Shown: positions 36,325 through 48,205 of the stretch, piece by piece
Numbering within the stretch: the first letter of the stretch is position 1
Layout of the letters: each line of letters opens with the position of its first letter
Source of the DNA: Chiloscyllium plagiosum
Taxonomy: Eukaryota
DNA: 64,000 nt
Assembly: GCF_004010195.1 (NCBI RefSeq)
Contig: NC_057718.1
Coordinates: forward strand, 101,404,629 to 101,468,628
Direction of reading: 5' to 3'
Position numbers and translations under genes: made by a program
The notes under the pieces: model-generated
The model's input: the letters and a program-made list of their open reading frames with translations, nothing else
Told to the model about the DNA's origin: nothing
The model's database searches: none

Positions 36325-36515
36325 TGTGTGTGTTAGGTGGATTGGCCATGTTAAATTGCCTACCATGTCCAGGAATGTGCAGGCTAGGTTGGCTAACCAT
36401 GGGAAATGCGGGGTTACAGGGATAGGATAGGGTTGGGTCTGGTTGGGATGCTCTTCAGAAGGGACAGTGTGGACTCAATGGGCCGAATAGCCTGCTTCCA
36501 CACTGTAGGGATTCT
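36325..36515 (+). mobile_element. HE1 V-SINE 3' half
   Basis: gttaggtggattggccatgttaaattgcc...gggccgaatagcctgcttccacactgtagggattc. Confidence 0.75.
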
Positions 36516-36737
36516 GATTGTTGAAGGAGGGAGTTCCAGGCCTCCGGGCTGGGCTGCTGCAGGCACAGCTTTCCAAAGTTGAGCAGTTAAGATAGGACAT
36601 GTCCAAGGGACCAAATGTGGATGAGTGCAGAGATTGTGGAAGGTATGGGATGCGAGTGGGTGGGGGGGGGTGTTGCTGAATCCTTCACACAATAAGCATA
36701 GTGAATACACATTAGCATAGAATCTGAAGTAGTTGCA

Positions 36738-36975
36738 ACTTTTTCACACAGAGGGTGGTATGTGAATGGAATGAGCTGCCAGAGGAAGTGGTGGAGGCTG
36801 GTACAATTACAATGTTTAAAAGGCACTGGATGGGTGTATGAATAGGAAGGGTTTGGAGGGATATGGGCCGGGTGCTGGCAGGTGGGACTAGATTGGGATA
36901 TCTGGTTGGCGTGGACAGGTTGGACCTAAGGGTCTGTTTCCATGCCGTACATCTCTTTAATCCTATGATTCTATG
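36738..36975 (+). mobile_element. HER1/CR1 LINE 3' end
   Basis: ttcacacagagggtggta...tggaatgagctgccagaggaagtggtggaggctgg...aagggtctgtttccatg. Confidence 0.88.
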
Positions 36976-37849
36976 ACCTAATCAGATGGAGAAATAAAAT
37001 CTTCATTTGCAATATTTTAGGAAGGTGGAATTATCCCAAAGATTTTTTGCTGCCACACTCTTGGGGTTGAATAGGATTATAAGATTCCTGCCTGTTTTAA
37101 TACCATCAGATCTAATATTCAGATTCCATCTGTTGTGTGTGGTTGATTGCTCAGTGGAATTTTGAAAACAGATGAATAAAAATGGGAAAGGAATGAAGAT
37201 GTGAAGATAGCAGTCTGACTGCATGTTGCTAGTATTTTCATTCTTAACGGCTGGTGAGTGAAAAATGCATTTTGTTTGATTCAGGTTTAGTTTTTTTTTG
37301 TGAATGTTTATTGAGAGGACTGAAAGGCCATCCTTTCTCCTGGCAACTTTTCATGTTCTGGATGTTTTATTATCATGCTGCAAGCCACAACCCCAATATC
37401 TGCTGGTCATAAGATAAAGGGGTCACCTATAATGAGCATATGCAGAACATTAAAGTGTTCACATTCAGAAATGGAGCCAGACAAACTACTTTCACAATTA
37501 AGTCTGATGCAATAAATTATTCGCAAAGTGCACAGTTTAGTGGGTCCAACGAGCATTTAGATGATGTTTCTAGAGGGGAAAGGGTCAGGTGACCTTTTCA
37601 GTTTGACTAGCTTTTGGAGAATGATGTGTTGGAAATTGTAGTTGCCGTCATCTTCCTAAAAGTCCTTGTTTCAAGAAACTAATCTTTGGGTGTCGTTAAC
37701 AAGAGTAGCTTTTTTTTCTGGTGGCTATCCTTCAGTGCTTCCTGAGTAGGTTGTGGTGAGCTGCTGCTTGAAGCTTAAACATGGAGATGCTCTCTCAACA
37801 CTGTCAGGTAACAATTTCTAGCACCTCACCCAGCGATGGTAAGGATTTG

Positions 37850-38870
37850 AGTAACAGGAATCTTGCTGCAATTTTATAGGGCCTTGGTGAAACCACACCC
37901 GGCATATTGAGTGCAGTTTTGGTCTCCTTATCTGAGGAAGGATATTCTGGCTATTGAAGGAGAGCAATGATAGTCTACCAACCTGGTTCCTGGAATGGCC
38001 AGACTGACATATGAAGAGTGACTGGAACAGTTATAAATATATTCACTGGCGTTTAGAAGAATGAGGAGGGATCTCATAGAAACCTCTAGAATTCTAACAG
38101 GACTATGCACAGTAAACAGAGGAAAGAAGTTCCTGATAACCAGGGACTCCAGAATTAGGGGTCACAGTCTAAGGATATGGAGTAGCTATTTTGGACTGAG
38201 ATGAATATAGGATTTGGGAGGTCATGTTGCAACTATATAGGACATTAGTCAGACCACCTTTGGAATACTGTGTGCAATTCTGGTCTCCCTGCTGTTGGAA
38301 TGATGTTGTGAAACTTGAAAGGGTTCAGAAAGGATTACAAGGATTTTGCCAGGGTTGGATGGTTTGAGCTAGAGGGAGAGGCTGAATAGTCTGGGGCTGT
38401 TTTCCCTGGAGCATCGGAGGCTGAGGGGTGACCTTGTAGAGGTTTATAAAATCATGAGGGGCATGGATTGGGTGAATAGCCAAGATTATTTTCCCCAGGG
38501 TAGGGAATCCAGAACTAGAAGGCATAGGTTTCGGGTGAGAGGGGAAAGATTTAAGAGTGATCTAAGGGGCAACATTTTCATGCAGAGGATGGTATGTTTA
38601 TGGAATGTGCTGCCAGAGAAAGTGATGGAGGCTGGTACAATTACAACATTTAAAAGGCGCCTGAATGAGTATATGAATAGGAAGGGTTTAGAGGGACAAG
38701 ATTAATTTATCTGGTCGGCAAGGACGAGTTGGACCAAAAGGTTTGTTTCCTTGCTGTACATCTCTATGACTCTATGAGGAGAAATTCCTTCACCCGGAGA
38801 GTGGGGAGCCAATCAAATTCTGTGCCACAGAAAGCAGTTGAGGCCAGAACGTTGAATGTTTTCAAGATGA
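37850..38870 (+). mobile_element. Nested CR1 LINE fragments: older copy (~37850-38205, resuming ~38775) interrupted by a HER1 3' end (~38206-38776)
   Basis: The older copy breaks at ggactgagatga and resumes atgaggagaaattccttcacccggagagt. The inner copy encodes RPPLEYCVQFWSPC...LERVQKG...RRLRGDLVEVYKIMRG. Confidence 0.8.
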
Positions 38871-39193
38871 ATAAAACAAAGAATTGCAAGTGGTGGAAAT
38901 CGGAAACACAAACAGAATTTACTGGAGAAGCTCAGTCAGTCTTGCAGCATCTCTGGCGAGAAGAAAGAGTAATTGCTTTGGGTCCAGTGACCCTTCATTA
39001 GTGGCAGCTGGGAAAAGATGGCATCCATGCTGAAGACATGGTTTTGGGCATGGAGGGGGCAGGGGGCAGGGTGTGTGGGTAAAGGAGTGCACATTTGGTG
39101 GAAACAGAGCCAAGAGAGAGAGAAAATCAGTTAGACAAAGGAGTGGATAACGATAAACCAAAGAGAAAGAACAGCTACTAATGAGAATCATTA

Positions 39194-39530
39194 AGGCGGC
39201 ATGGACTCTCAGTGGTTAGCACTGCTGCCTCACAGCGCCAAGGACCCGGGTTCGATTCCAGCCTCGGGTGACTGTCTGTGTGGAGTTTGCACATTCTCCC
39301 CGTGTCTGCTCCGGTTTCCTCCCACAATCCAAAGATGTGCAGGTCAGGTGAATTGGTCATGCTAAATTGCCCATAGTGTTCAGGATTGTGTAGGTTACTG
39401 CATTAGTCAGGGTAAACATAGGGTAGGGGAATGGGTAGATTATTCTTAAGATGGTCGGTATGGACTTGCTGGGCCAAATGGCCTGTTTCCACACTGTAGG
39501 GATTCGATGATCTTCTATGATCTATGATCA
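39194..39530 (+). mobile_element. HE1-type V-SINE inserted in a longer PLE family B relic (~38870-39625)
   Basis: ggcggcatgg...cagtggttagcactgctgcctcacagcgccaaggacccgggttcgattcc...tctatgatctatgatc. The PLE part has ctggagaagctcagtcagtcttgcagcatctctgg...gggtccagtgacccttcattag. Confidence 0.8.
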
Positions 39531-39632
39531 TAAATGGGTGAAAATGGTTTGGCTGTGCAGAAAACCCCTGTGATGACATGGTCTGGGGTGTGAGAAAAGG
39601 ATGTGGAAGAACGTGCTCAGGCTGAATCTGTG

Positions 39633-39914
39633 TTGAATTCTCATGCCCTAATAAGGGCCATATGCTGGAAAATGGGGTTAGAATAGTTTGATACTCATTT
39701 TTGACCAGTGCAGACTAGCTGGACTGAAGTGCCTTCTTCTGTCTTGTCATTAAGTTTCAACTTTGATCTCCAGCATCTGCAGACCTCACTTTCTCCTTGA
39801 ATTCTCATGCCCTAATAAGGGCCATGTGCTGGAAAATGGGTTAGAATAGTTTGATACTCATTTTTGACCAGTGCAGACTAGCTGGACTGAAGTGCCTTCT
39901 TCTGTCTTGTCATT
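39633..39914. repeat. 119/118-bp direct duplication flanking a 45-bp PLE family A terminus
   Basis: 39633-39751 and 39797-39914 differ by one substitution and one 1-bp indel. Insert 39752-39796 is aagtttcaactttgatctccagcatctgcagacctcactttctcc. Confidence 0.92.
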
Positions 39915-39977
39915 CTCTATGAAGCTAATAGTAAACCTCCCGAGAGCCCACATCTTCCACCTAATTAGCAGTCAGCT

Positions 39978-40165
39978 CATCTGGAGAAACTTAGCAGGTC
40001 TGGCAGCTTCTGTGGGGAGAGAAACTCGAGTTAACGTTTTGAGTCCAGAACTCTAGTTCTGGAGGAGAATCATTGCAGACTCGAAACTTTATCTCTGTTT
40101 CTATTCTGAACTTGCTGCATTTCTCCAGCATTTACTGTTTTCATTTCCGATCTCCGGTATTTTGC
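39978..40165. mobile_element. PLE family B fold-back relic
   Basis: ctggagaaacttagcaggtctggcagc...gagttaacgttttgagtc, then gttctggaggagaatc...gactcgaaac...ttctccagca. Confidence 0.65.
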
Positions 40166-40857
40166 CTTTAATTGACGGATAGCTTCCAGGCCCCCTGGTC
40201 ATTTTCACTGTGCCCATTATCATGGAGTTTTTTTTTCCCTTTTTGTAAATGTGAGTTGTGGCACCTGAGGACAGGATTGAAAACGCCAGCAAAAGAAAAC
40301 TGGGTGGGAGGGTGATGATCGTTTGAACGACAGATGTGAATAAGGGCTGTCTAATGTTTTACATTTGAAGTTTTACAAATTGCATTACCTGGCCTTTTTA
40401 CAATAGTTGCGTGAACATGATGCTTTAGTCTAATCATTTCAAATTCATGCGGCATAATGAGTGATGTCTTCAAAACGTTTGTCCTCCTTGAAATTATTCT
40501 TTGGAAATTTGAAATTAACCTGACAGGCAGCTTCCTAGGTGCAGAATCATTAGACAATACAGAGATTTGACCTGGTCTTCTCAGCTCTAATTGCTGCAAA
40601 CTTTTAAGATCACTTTAATTGCTGTTCTCACCTGTGGGCATGTAGTGGTGTTATTAGAGAAAATGTGATGGAAGCTTAGTGTTCCAGTGCCTACCTTAGC
40701 TGGGCTGTCTATTTCAGAAGTACTGGTTATTAATAGACTACTCGAAGATGATGTAATTTAGAAGTTGTGAATTCTCATGCGCATTATGCAAAACAAAGAT
40801 TTTATTCCTGGATCTGAGAGCAGAGAATCACAGTACACTGTATTTGCCCAGCCATAT

Positions 40858-41083
40858 AATCCCTACAGTGTGAAAGCAGACCATTTGGCCCATTGAGTGA
40901 CCGGAGAGCATCCTACTTAGACCCACCACCCTGTTCCCTGTAACCCTGCATTTCCCATGGCTAACCCACCTAGCCTGTACATCCTGTACACTATGGTTAA
41001 TTTAGCATGGCCAATCTACCCTAACCTGCACCTTTTTGACTGTGGGAGGAAACCGGAGCACCCGCGGGAAACCCACACAGACA
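40858..41083 (-). mobile_element. HE1 V-SINE fragment
   Basis: aatccctacagtgtg...aatttagcatggccaatc...gactgtgggaggaaaccggagcaccc. Confidence 0.8.
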
Positions 41084-41275
41084 GGTTATCAGAGCTGTTA
41101 AGAAACTCTGAATGCTCTTTGACCTTAAGGACTGCTACAGTCAGTTTATGTCTCTTTAAATACATCCAATTGAGGATTCAAACCAGCTCATGGTTCGAAG
41201 TGGTTTTCAATCTTGAAGAGGAATGGCGTAGATATTTGATTTGTTACCATGGGGTGGGGATGGGGTAGGGGCACA

Positions 41276-41631
41276 CAGGATGGGACCATTCACTGCCGCT
41301 GATTAGCCACTGCCTTTCACCGCCAAGGATGCTTCGCCACCGCCCAATGGCGGCTGAGGACGATTCGCCACCGCAAGAGTTTGTAACTCATTTTTATGTA
41401 TAAACCAATAAAATGACATTTATATCACCTATTTTTATCAATATGTATTATGTTGTTGTATAAATAAAGGGGTCTGAGAAGTATAAAAGAACAGGCGGGA
41501 GGGAAAACAATCAGTACATATATATATTTCCGGTGACGAATTCTCTCCAGAGGTGAAACGACCCCAGTGGAGAAACGTTGGTGGCGAACCGGCAGTGGCT
41601 AATCGGCGGCAGCGAATCGTCACCAACCCTA
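41276..41631. mobile_element. Non-autonomous hAT-type DNA transposon (MITE), 356 bp
   Basis: Exact 8-bp TSD ggggcaca at 41268-41275 and 41632-41639. Imperfect ~55-bp TIRs: caggatgggaccattcactgccgctgattagccactgcc versus the right-end reverse complement tagggttggtgacgattcgctgccgccgattagccactgcc. The centre is AT-rich. Confidence 0.85.
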
Positions 41632-41807
41632 GGGGCACATGATGCCCTGGGCTCTGCTGTGCCCTCTCGACAATGTCTGGACAAATAGTCAGAACAGATC
41701 TCCTGATGGCCTGCACTTATCTAAGGGACCGAGGACCAGGGACAGAAAGCAGAAATTGCCCCTTGGATTAGACAGAATGCGCGGGGAAAGCATTTGGTTT
41801 CACCATA

Positions 41808-42745
41808 AAGCCATAACTTCTAAGAGTAGAAGTAGGCCATTCAGCCCATTGAGTCTGCCCCACCATTCAGTGAGATCATGGCTGATCTGATAATCCAATT
41901 TCCTGCCCTTTTTCCCAATAACCCTTGATTCCCTTCCTGGTTAAAAATCTGTCCATCTCAGCCTTGAATATACTTAATGGCACAGCCTCAACAGTCCCCC
42001 CGTGGTGAAGAATTCCACAGATTTACTTCCCTCTGAAAAAAGGAATTCCTCCTCAGGGGATACCCCTTCATCTGGGCTTGTATACCCTTGAGTTTCGAAG
42101 ACTGAGAGGGGATCTGATTGAGACGTATAAGATTATGAAAGGATTGGACACTCTGGCAGTAGGAAACATATTTCCACTGATGGGTGAGTGCCGAACCAGA
42201 GGACACAGCTTAAAAATACGGGGTAGACCATTTAGGACAGAGTTCAGGAGAAACTTCTTTACCCAGAGAGTGGTGGCTGTGTGGAATGCTCTGCCCCAGA
42301 GGGCAGTGGAGGCCCACTCTCTGGATTCATTCAAGAAAAAGTTGGATAGAGCTCTCAAAGATAGTGGAATCAAGGGTTATGGAGATAAGGCAGGAACAGG
42401 ATACTGATTAGGAATGATCAGCCATGATTATATTGAATGGCGGTGCAGGCTCGAAGGGCTGAATGGCCTACTCCTGCACCTATTGTCTATTGTCTATGAT
42501 ATCCCTCTGGTCCTAGACCCTCCTACAATGGGATGCAATCTTTCAGAATCGACATTGCCAAGCTTCCTAAGCATCTTGCTTGTTTCAATAAGGTCGCCTC
42601 TCATTCTTCTAAACTTCAAAGAGTGCAGGTCCAATCTCGTCAATGTCTCCTCATAAGAAAATTCCTCCCTACCTGAGATCAACCGAGTGAACATTTTCTG
42701 GCCTGCCTCCAGTGCTGGTATTCCTTTCCTTAGATAAGGGAAGAT
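41808..42745. mobile_element. Minus-strand CR1 3' end interrupted by a younger plus-strand CR1 3' end (~42072-42497)
   Basis: Inner ORF 42078-42407 reads LYTLEFRRLRGDLIETYKIMKGLD...RTRGHSLKIRGRPFRTEFRRNFFTQRVVAVWNALP with a (tattgtc)n tail. The outer copy is seen in ORFs 41988-42206 and 42494-42823. Confidence 0.88.
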
Positions 42746-43459
42746 TACCCAGATCCTGTCCAACCTGCTGAGTGTTTCTGTAGCTGCTGTCTTTTCATTG
42801 AATGATACAACACAAAGAGTCATTCAGCTCATCTTTGAAAGAGCTATTTAAGCGATTCTCTCTCAGTGCTTTGCATGTCCTTCCAGGCAGCACATTCTAG
42901 ACTACCACAGATTGCAGCAGCAAGACACTGGGGCTGCTCTCCCGGGAGGAGATGTGATTCGAAGGAGAAACTGATGGAGTTATTCAGAATCATGGACGAG
43001 TTAGACTGGGAGAAACTGCTCCTATTGCTGGAAGGATCGAGAGTAATAGAATGGGTAAACAAAGCAATGGAGCCATGAGGGAAAACGTTTTCACACAGCA
43101 AGAGGTTAGCATCTGGAACGGGCTGCCTGAGAATGTATAGGAGATAGGATCAGTTACTGCATTCAAGGTGGAGTTGAATTAATATCTGAAAAGGAGCGAT
43201 TTGCAAAGCTTTGGGGGGGGTTTGGAGGGGGCAGGCAGGGGAGTAGATGGCTTGCTTCTTCAGAGAGCCAGCACGGCGAAGACAGGCTGAAGGGCCTCAT
43301 TCAGTGGTGTCATGATTCCATTCTGTTTTCAATACATTCCAATGTATTTGTATACAATACAATACAATACAATACTGTATTTGTACAGTTAGCAACCATT
43401 CTCACAAAGTATTTTGTAATACAGTGCAGTGGAATTGCTTCTGCAGACTTTTTAAACTC

Positions 43460-43740
43460 TGTCATGGGCTGAGACCATCACTGAATGGGCCAATATTTGT
43501 TGCTGACCCTAATTGCCCTTGAGAAGGTGGTGATGAGCTGTCTTCTTGAATCGCTGCAGTCTCTGAAGTATAGGTACGCCTCCAGTGCTGTCAGGGAGGG
43601 TGCTCCAGTATTTTGACTCACAACAGTGAAGGGACAGTGACATAGGTGTGGGTGAGGATGGGGTATGATATGATGGGGAACTGGCAAGGAGTGGTGTTCC
43701 CATGTGCCTGCTGCCCTTGTCCATCCCGCCTGACAGGAAT
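43460..43740 (-). mobile_element. L2/CR1-group LINE 3' end
   Basis: ccctaattgcccttgagaaggtggtgatgagctgtcttcttgaatcgctgcagtc is the reverse complement of the tail at 2620-2700. Confidence 0.7.
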
Positions 43741-43785
43741 AGAGATGTAGAACGTTCTGATGAAAGCCATATTGAGTTGCTGCAA

Positions 43786-44307
43786 CAAAAACAGAAATTG
43801 CTGTAAAAGCTCAGCAAGTCTGGCAGCATCTATGGAGAGAAATCAGATTAACATTTCAAGTCCAATGACGATTGGGTTCTGAGGAAGGGTCATTTGACCT
43901 GAAACGTTAACTCTGATTTCTCTTCACAGATGATCCAGACCTGCTGAGCTTTTCCAGCAATTTCTGTTTTTGTTTCTGATTTCCAGTATCCGCAGTTCGT
44001 TTGGTTTTTAGATTAGATTAGATTACTTACAGTGTGGAAACAGGCCCTTCTGCCCAACAAGTCCACACCGACCCACAACCCAGCCAGACCCATTCCCCCA
44101 CATTCCCCTAACACTATGGGAAATTTAGCATGATCAGTTCACATAACCTGCACATTTTTGGACTGTGGGAGGAAACCGGAGCACCCGGAGGAAACCCACG
44201 CAGACACTGGGAGAACGTGCAAACTCCACACAGTCAGTTGCCTGAGGCGGGAATTGAACCCGGGTCTCTGACGCTGTGAGGCAGCAGTGCTAACCGTGGT
44301 GCCCAAC
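43786..44307. mobile_element. PLE family B fold-back (43786-44009) plus nested HE1 SINE (44010-44304, minus), inside one TSD
   Basis: Inverted arms aaaaacagaaattgctg.aaaagctcagca and tgctgagcttttccagcaatttctgttttt. Exact 13-bp TSD tgagttgctgcaa at 43773-43785 and 44308-44320. Confidence 0.85.
43874..43913 (+). ncRNA. Minimal type I hammerhead ribozyme motif (PLE family B), intact core
   Basis: GGGTT-CTGAGGA-A-GGGTC-attt-GACCT-GAAAC-GTT-AACTC. Stem I is 5 bp, stem II is 5 bp, and stem III is the palindrome ACGT. Confidence 0.7.
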
Positions 44308-45307
44308 TGAGTTGCTGCAATGTCTTGTAGATGGTACCAAATGAACGCTGTAGCAGTGACTGTTCGTCATTTGGTGCAACTTTAAAGTATATTTCTGCTA
44401 CTCTTGCTGTTTTAATCCTCCTGATTACTCTTCACGTGAATTCCCCCCCGCCACCAAGTGCATAGATAGAAAATACAAGGGAGTTCTCTGAACATTAAAT
44501 GAATATTATAATGTGATCAGACGAAAGACATAGGCAACACTCCAAATTCAATTGTGACTTTAAACAGGCCAGTAATATACTCAAGTTGTAACTTTCCTCT
44601 GTAATTAAGCCAGGTGGCTTTTGGTTTTGAAATACCTGGGCAGGAGTTATTGAAGACAAAAGCACCAAAGGAGCTGCACTGCACAGATGGTAATAGCTGG
44701 CTTCCAGTCTGTTATTAGATTGTGGCAGATAGAGTTCAGCTGAAGTTTGAAACTGTTCGAGTAAAGGTTAGGAAGTTGCTTGAACCCAGAGATTAAATTA
44801 CCACAGAATGGAAACCAGCTGTGACTCTTTTAGGATAGAAATTTGAATCAAACTCAAAGTTCACGGCGCAATAAAGTTATTGAGAGTTACAGAAACGTGT
44901 CATGAATCATAAGCGGACCAACTTCATAACATCAGCAAGAAGGTTTTCCTGGGTACTGTGCTTGGTCAGGGGTGGAATTGGACCTATTGACTGAAGTTCT
45001 TTTTTTCTAAAGGTGGTAAGTATGACCATGGGGAATAGGAGTGGGCCATGCTGCCCCTCCAACCTGCTCCGTCACTCAATAGATCTCATGGTTGATCTGA
45101 CATTCCTTGTGTCCAATTTCCTGCCCTTTCCCCATAACCCTTCATTCCCTGACTGATCAAGAATCTATCCCAGTCTTAAATATGCACAAAGATTCTGGCC
45201 CCCCTACCCACCCACTGCTGCATCATTGAGGTTCCTCTGAAAATAATACTGTTCTTTGTTCTCCCTTCCAAAATGAACAACTTCACATCTTTCCATATTA
45301 TTCCATA

Positions 45308-45720
45308 TAAAAACACACAGCACCAGGTTATAGTCCAGCAGGTTTATTTGGAAGCACTAGCTTTAGGAGCGTTGCTCCTTCATCAGGTGGTTGGAGAGTA
45401 TAAGGTCGTAGGACACAGAATTTATACCAAAAGTTTACAGTGTGATGTGACTGAAATTATATATTGAAAAAGACCTGGATTCTTTGTTAAGTCTCTCATC
45501 TTTTAGAATGACCATGTTGGTTTCAGTTTTTTCACATGTAAATCCCAGAACTTTCTTCAAATTACATTCTCAAGTGAACTTTAACAATTGGTGCGATGTC
45601 GGCCCAGATAATGCATTGAGGTGCCCTGTGTGAGGCTGTCTGTGCCACAATGTTCAGGCTGATTCTAATCTAAAAAAGGGGTTTACAAAATTTTACATGG
45701 ATTCATGCAGTTTTTGAGCA
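45308..45720 (-). mobile_element. PLE family C, longer 3' region
   Basis: caccaggttatagtccagcaggtttatttggaagcactagctttaggagcgttgctccttcatcaggtgg. The hammerhead on the minus strand has TAAA in place of GAAA, and about 330 bp of upstream element sequence follows. Confidence 0.7.
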
Positions 45721-45789
45721 TATTATAGTCCATTTGCTGATGTTTTGCTCAATTATTTAACCTACCAATATCGCTCTGTAAGCTATTTG

Positions 45790-45975
45790 GTTCTTAGAGA
45801 TTTTTGAGGAAGTCTCAGCTGGACTGGATAGAGAGGAACCAGTAGATGTGTTGTATTTGGACTTCCAAAGGTGTTCAATAAGGTAACTCCTAAAAGGTTA
45901 AGTCATAAGGTAAGAGCGCACGGTGTTGGAGTTAGTATATTGACATGGAGTGAGAATGTGGTAATGGGCAGGAAA
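45790..45975 (+). mobile_element. CR1 RT fragment
   Basis: LEIFEEVSAGLDREEPVDVLYLDFQ(K)VFNKV.PKRL..KVRAHGV. Confidence 0.75.
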
Positions 45976-46964
45976 CAGTCACTAGAGCTAAGTTCATCCT
46001 TTTAAAGCTTCCTTGGGATCTCATCATGTATAACATTCCAGGCTCTCCCTGTCTCTCCAGACAGCCATTGGATTTACATCTACAGGCAAGCTTTAGCTGT
46101 ATGTTTTTTTTTTTAAATAGTGCCCTTTCTAGTTAAGGTTTGCCATGTCCATGAGTGACCCGAGGTTGTAATCATTGGACATGACACCTAAAGAGCAATA
46201 ACTGGATGAGTAGGTTCCAAAATAATGTCTGCTCCCTTCTCACTACTTCAGCAGTTAAGATATGAGTGAGGAAGTCCACTGGGGGTCTGCTCAACTCCCC
46301 AGCAATTAAGACCCTGACATGGTCAATTAATGGCTTTAACACACACCATCCCAATCACGTGACTTCCCAGTGGATGAGAGTCAAGTGATGAGGAGATCAG
46401 GATGCTGGGTTAAGGGAGCCTCCATTTGCCTCAACCTGGGGTCCAGTGGGGGCAAGACAAGGGAGGCAGGGACTTCTGTTGAAAGAGCCCCGTCCTTGCC
46501 TTACAACCCCCTCCTCCACTCTCCCTATGACCCCTGTCCTGTGATGCCCGGGAGAAAGCCGCCCACTTTCTCGCAGTTGGATGCACTGTAGTCTGTGACA
46601 GGGCCTCCTGTGACAGTCTCTGGGCGTAGAATATTCCAGATCCGGCCCGGGCTTTTGGCAGGGTGTGTGGGTAGAGAACACAGTTGGGCAGGAGGAAAGT
46701 ACAATTCCCTTTCCTTGCGGCAGATTGAAGTTCTCCCTTCACGTGCTGCCCTACCTTATTGGCCAGGGAACCTCCAAACCTGTTGGGCTCGTCAGCTTTA
46801 CATCTGGGGAATTTCTGAAGGAGAGACTTCTTTTTGCTTTGTAGTCTCAGTCAAAAAGAATTCAGCGTCATGTGGATTTGCATCCTTTAATGCAAGGCAA
46901 AACCTCATTGGAGAGCTTTCCAAAAAATATCAGGTCAAAGCGAAATCAATGCCCAGTCTATTAA

Positions 46965-48205
46965 TGCCAGATTATTAATCTAGAGACCCAAGTAATGATT
47001 TATGGGCCTGGGTTCAAATCCTGGTGTGGGATTGTGGAAATTCACAATTAAGAGTTGAAAGATTTCTGTAACCATTGTCAGAAAAACCTATCTGGCTCAT
47101 TCATGGCCTTCAGGGAAGGAAATCTGCCATCCTCACCTGCTCTGGCTTACGTTTGCTCTCTGGGCCATTAGGGATGGGCAATAAATGCTGGCCTGCTAGA
47201 GCTATCTACATCCTGTGCATGATTAAAACAAAGTCCCACAGTCCACAGATGTGCAGGTTGGGTGGGGATTGGCCATGGTAAATTGCCCATAGTATCCAAA
47301 GATGTGCAGGCAAGGAGCATCAGCCATTGGAAATGGGGGGTTACAAGGATAGGGTGGGGTGTAAATGGGTCTGGATGGGATGCTCTTCAGAGGGTCTGTG
47401 TGGACTTAATGGGTGAAATGGCCTACTTCCACACTAAAGGGATTCTGTAGTTCTATGAAAGTCAAAGGTGTTACAAATTGAGTAATGTTGCAGAGGTGAT
47501 AGTCAAGTGATAATACCACTAGGCTATTAATCCAGAGACCCAGGTCATGTTCTGGGGTCTCAGATTTGAATCTCACCACGGCAGATGGTGGAAATTAAAT
47601 TCAGTAAAAATCTGGGATTAAGTGTCTAATGATAACCATGAATTCTTTGTCAATTGTGGGGAAAACCCCATCTGGTTCACTAATGTCCTTTAGGGAAGGA
47701 AACTGCCATCCTTACCTGGTCTGGCCTACATGTGACTCCAGAACCATAGCAATGGCATTGACTCTGAACTGCCCCCAGGCAATTAGGGATGGGAAATAAA
47801 TACTGGCCTGGCCAGAGTTGTCTACATCCCATGGCTGAATAAGAAAAGACAGCCTGGAGTGATTGCAAGCCTAATGCAAAGCAACAGAGGTAGAAAAACA
47901 GAGAAAGCATCTCACTGCATAACAGTGCCATCAATGCTCCTCCGTCAGGGTAGCCCAATACAACAAAAGGACTTGCTCAGAGAGCAACTGATGACCATGA
48001 ATCCATTGTCAATTGTCAGAAAAGCCCATCTGCTCCGCTGATGCCCTTTAGGGATGGAAATCAGCCATCCTTACCTGGTCTGACCTACATGTAACTCCTG
48101 ACTCACAGCAATGTGGTTGACTCTTAACTGCCTTCTGGGGAATTAGAGATGAGCAATAAATGTTAGCCTGGCCAGTGATGCCCTCAACTTGTGAAGGAAT
48201 AAAGA
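46965..48205 (+). mobile_element. Cluster of three family-2 SINE copies (~46965-47232, ~47505-47845, ~47985-48205) and an HE1 3' half (~47233-47455)
   Basis: Repeated agggaaggaaa.ctgccatcct.acctg...ggcctacatgtgactcc...attagggatgggcaataaatgctggcc motifs, all on the plus strand. Confidence 0.8.
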
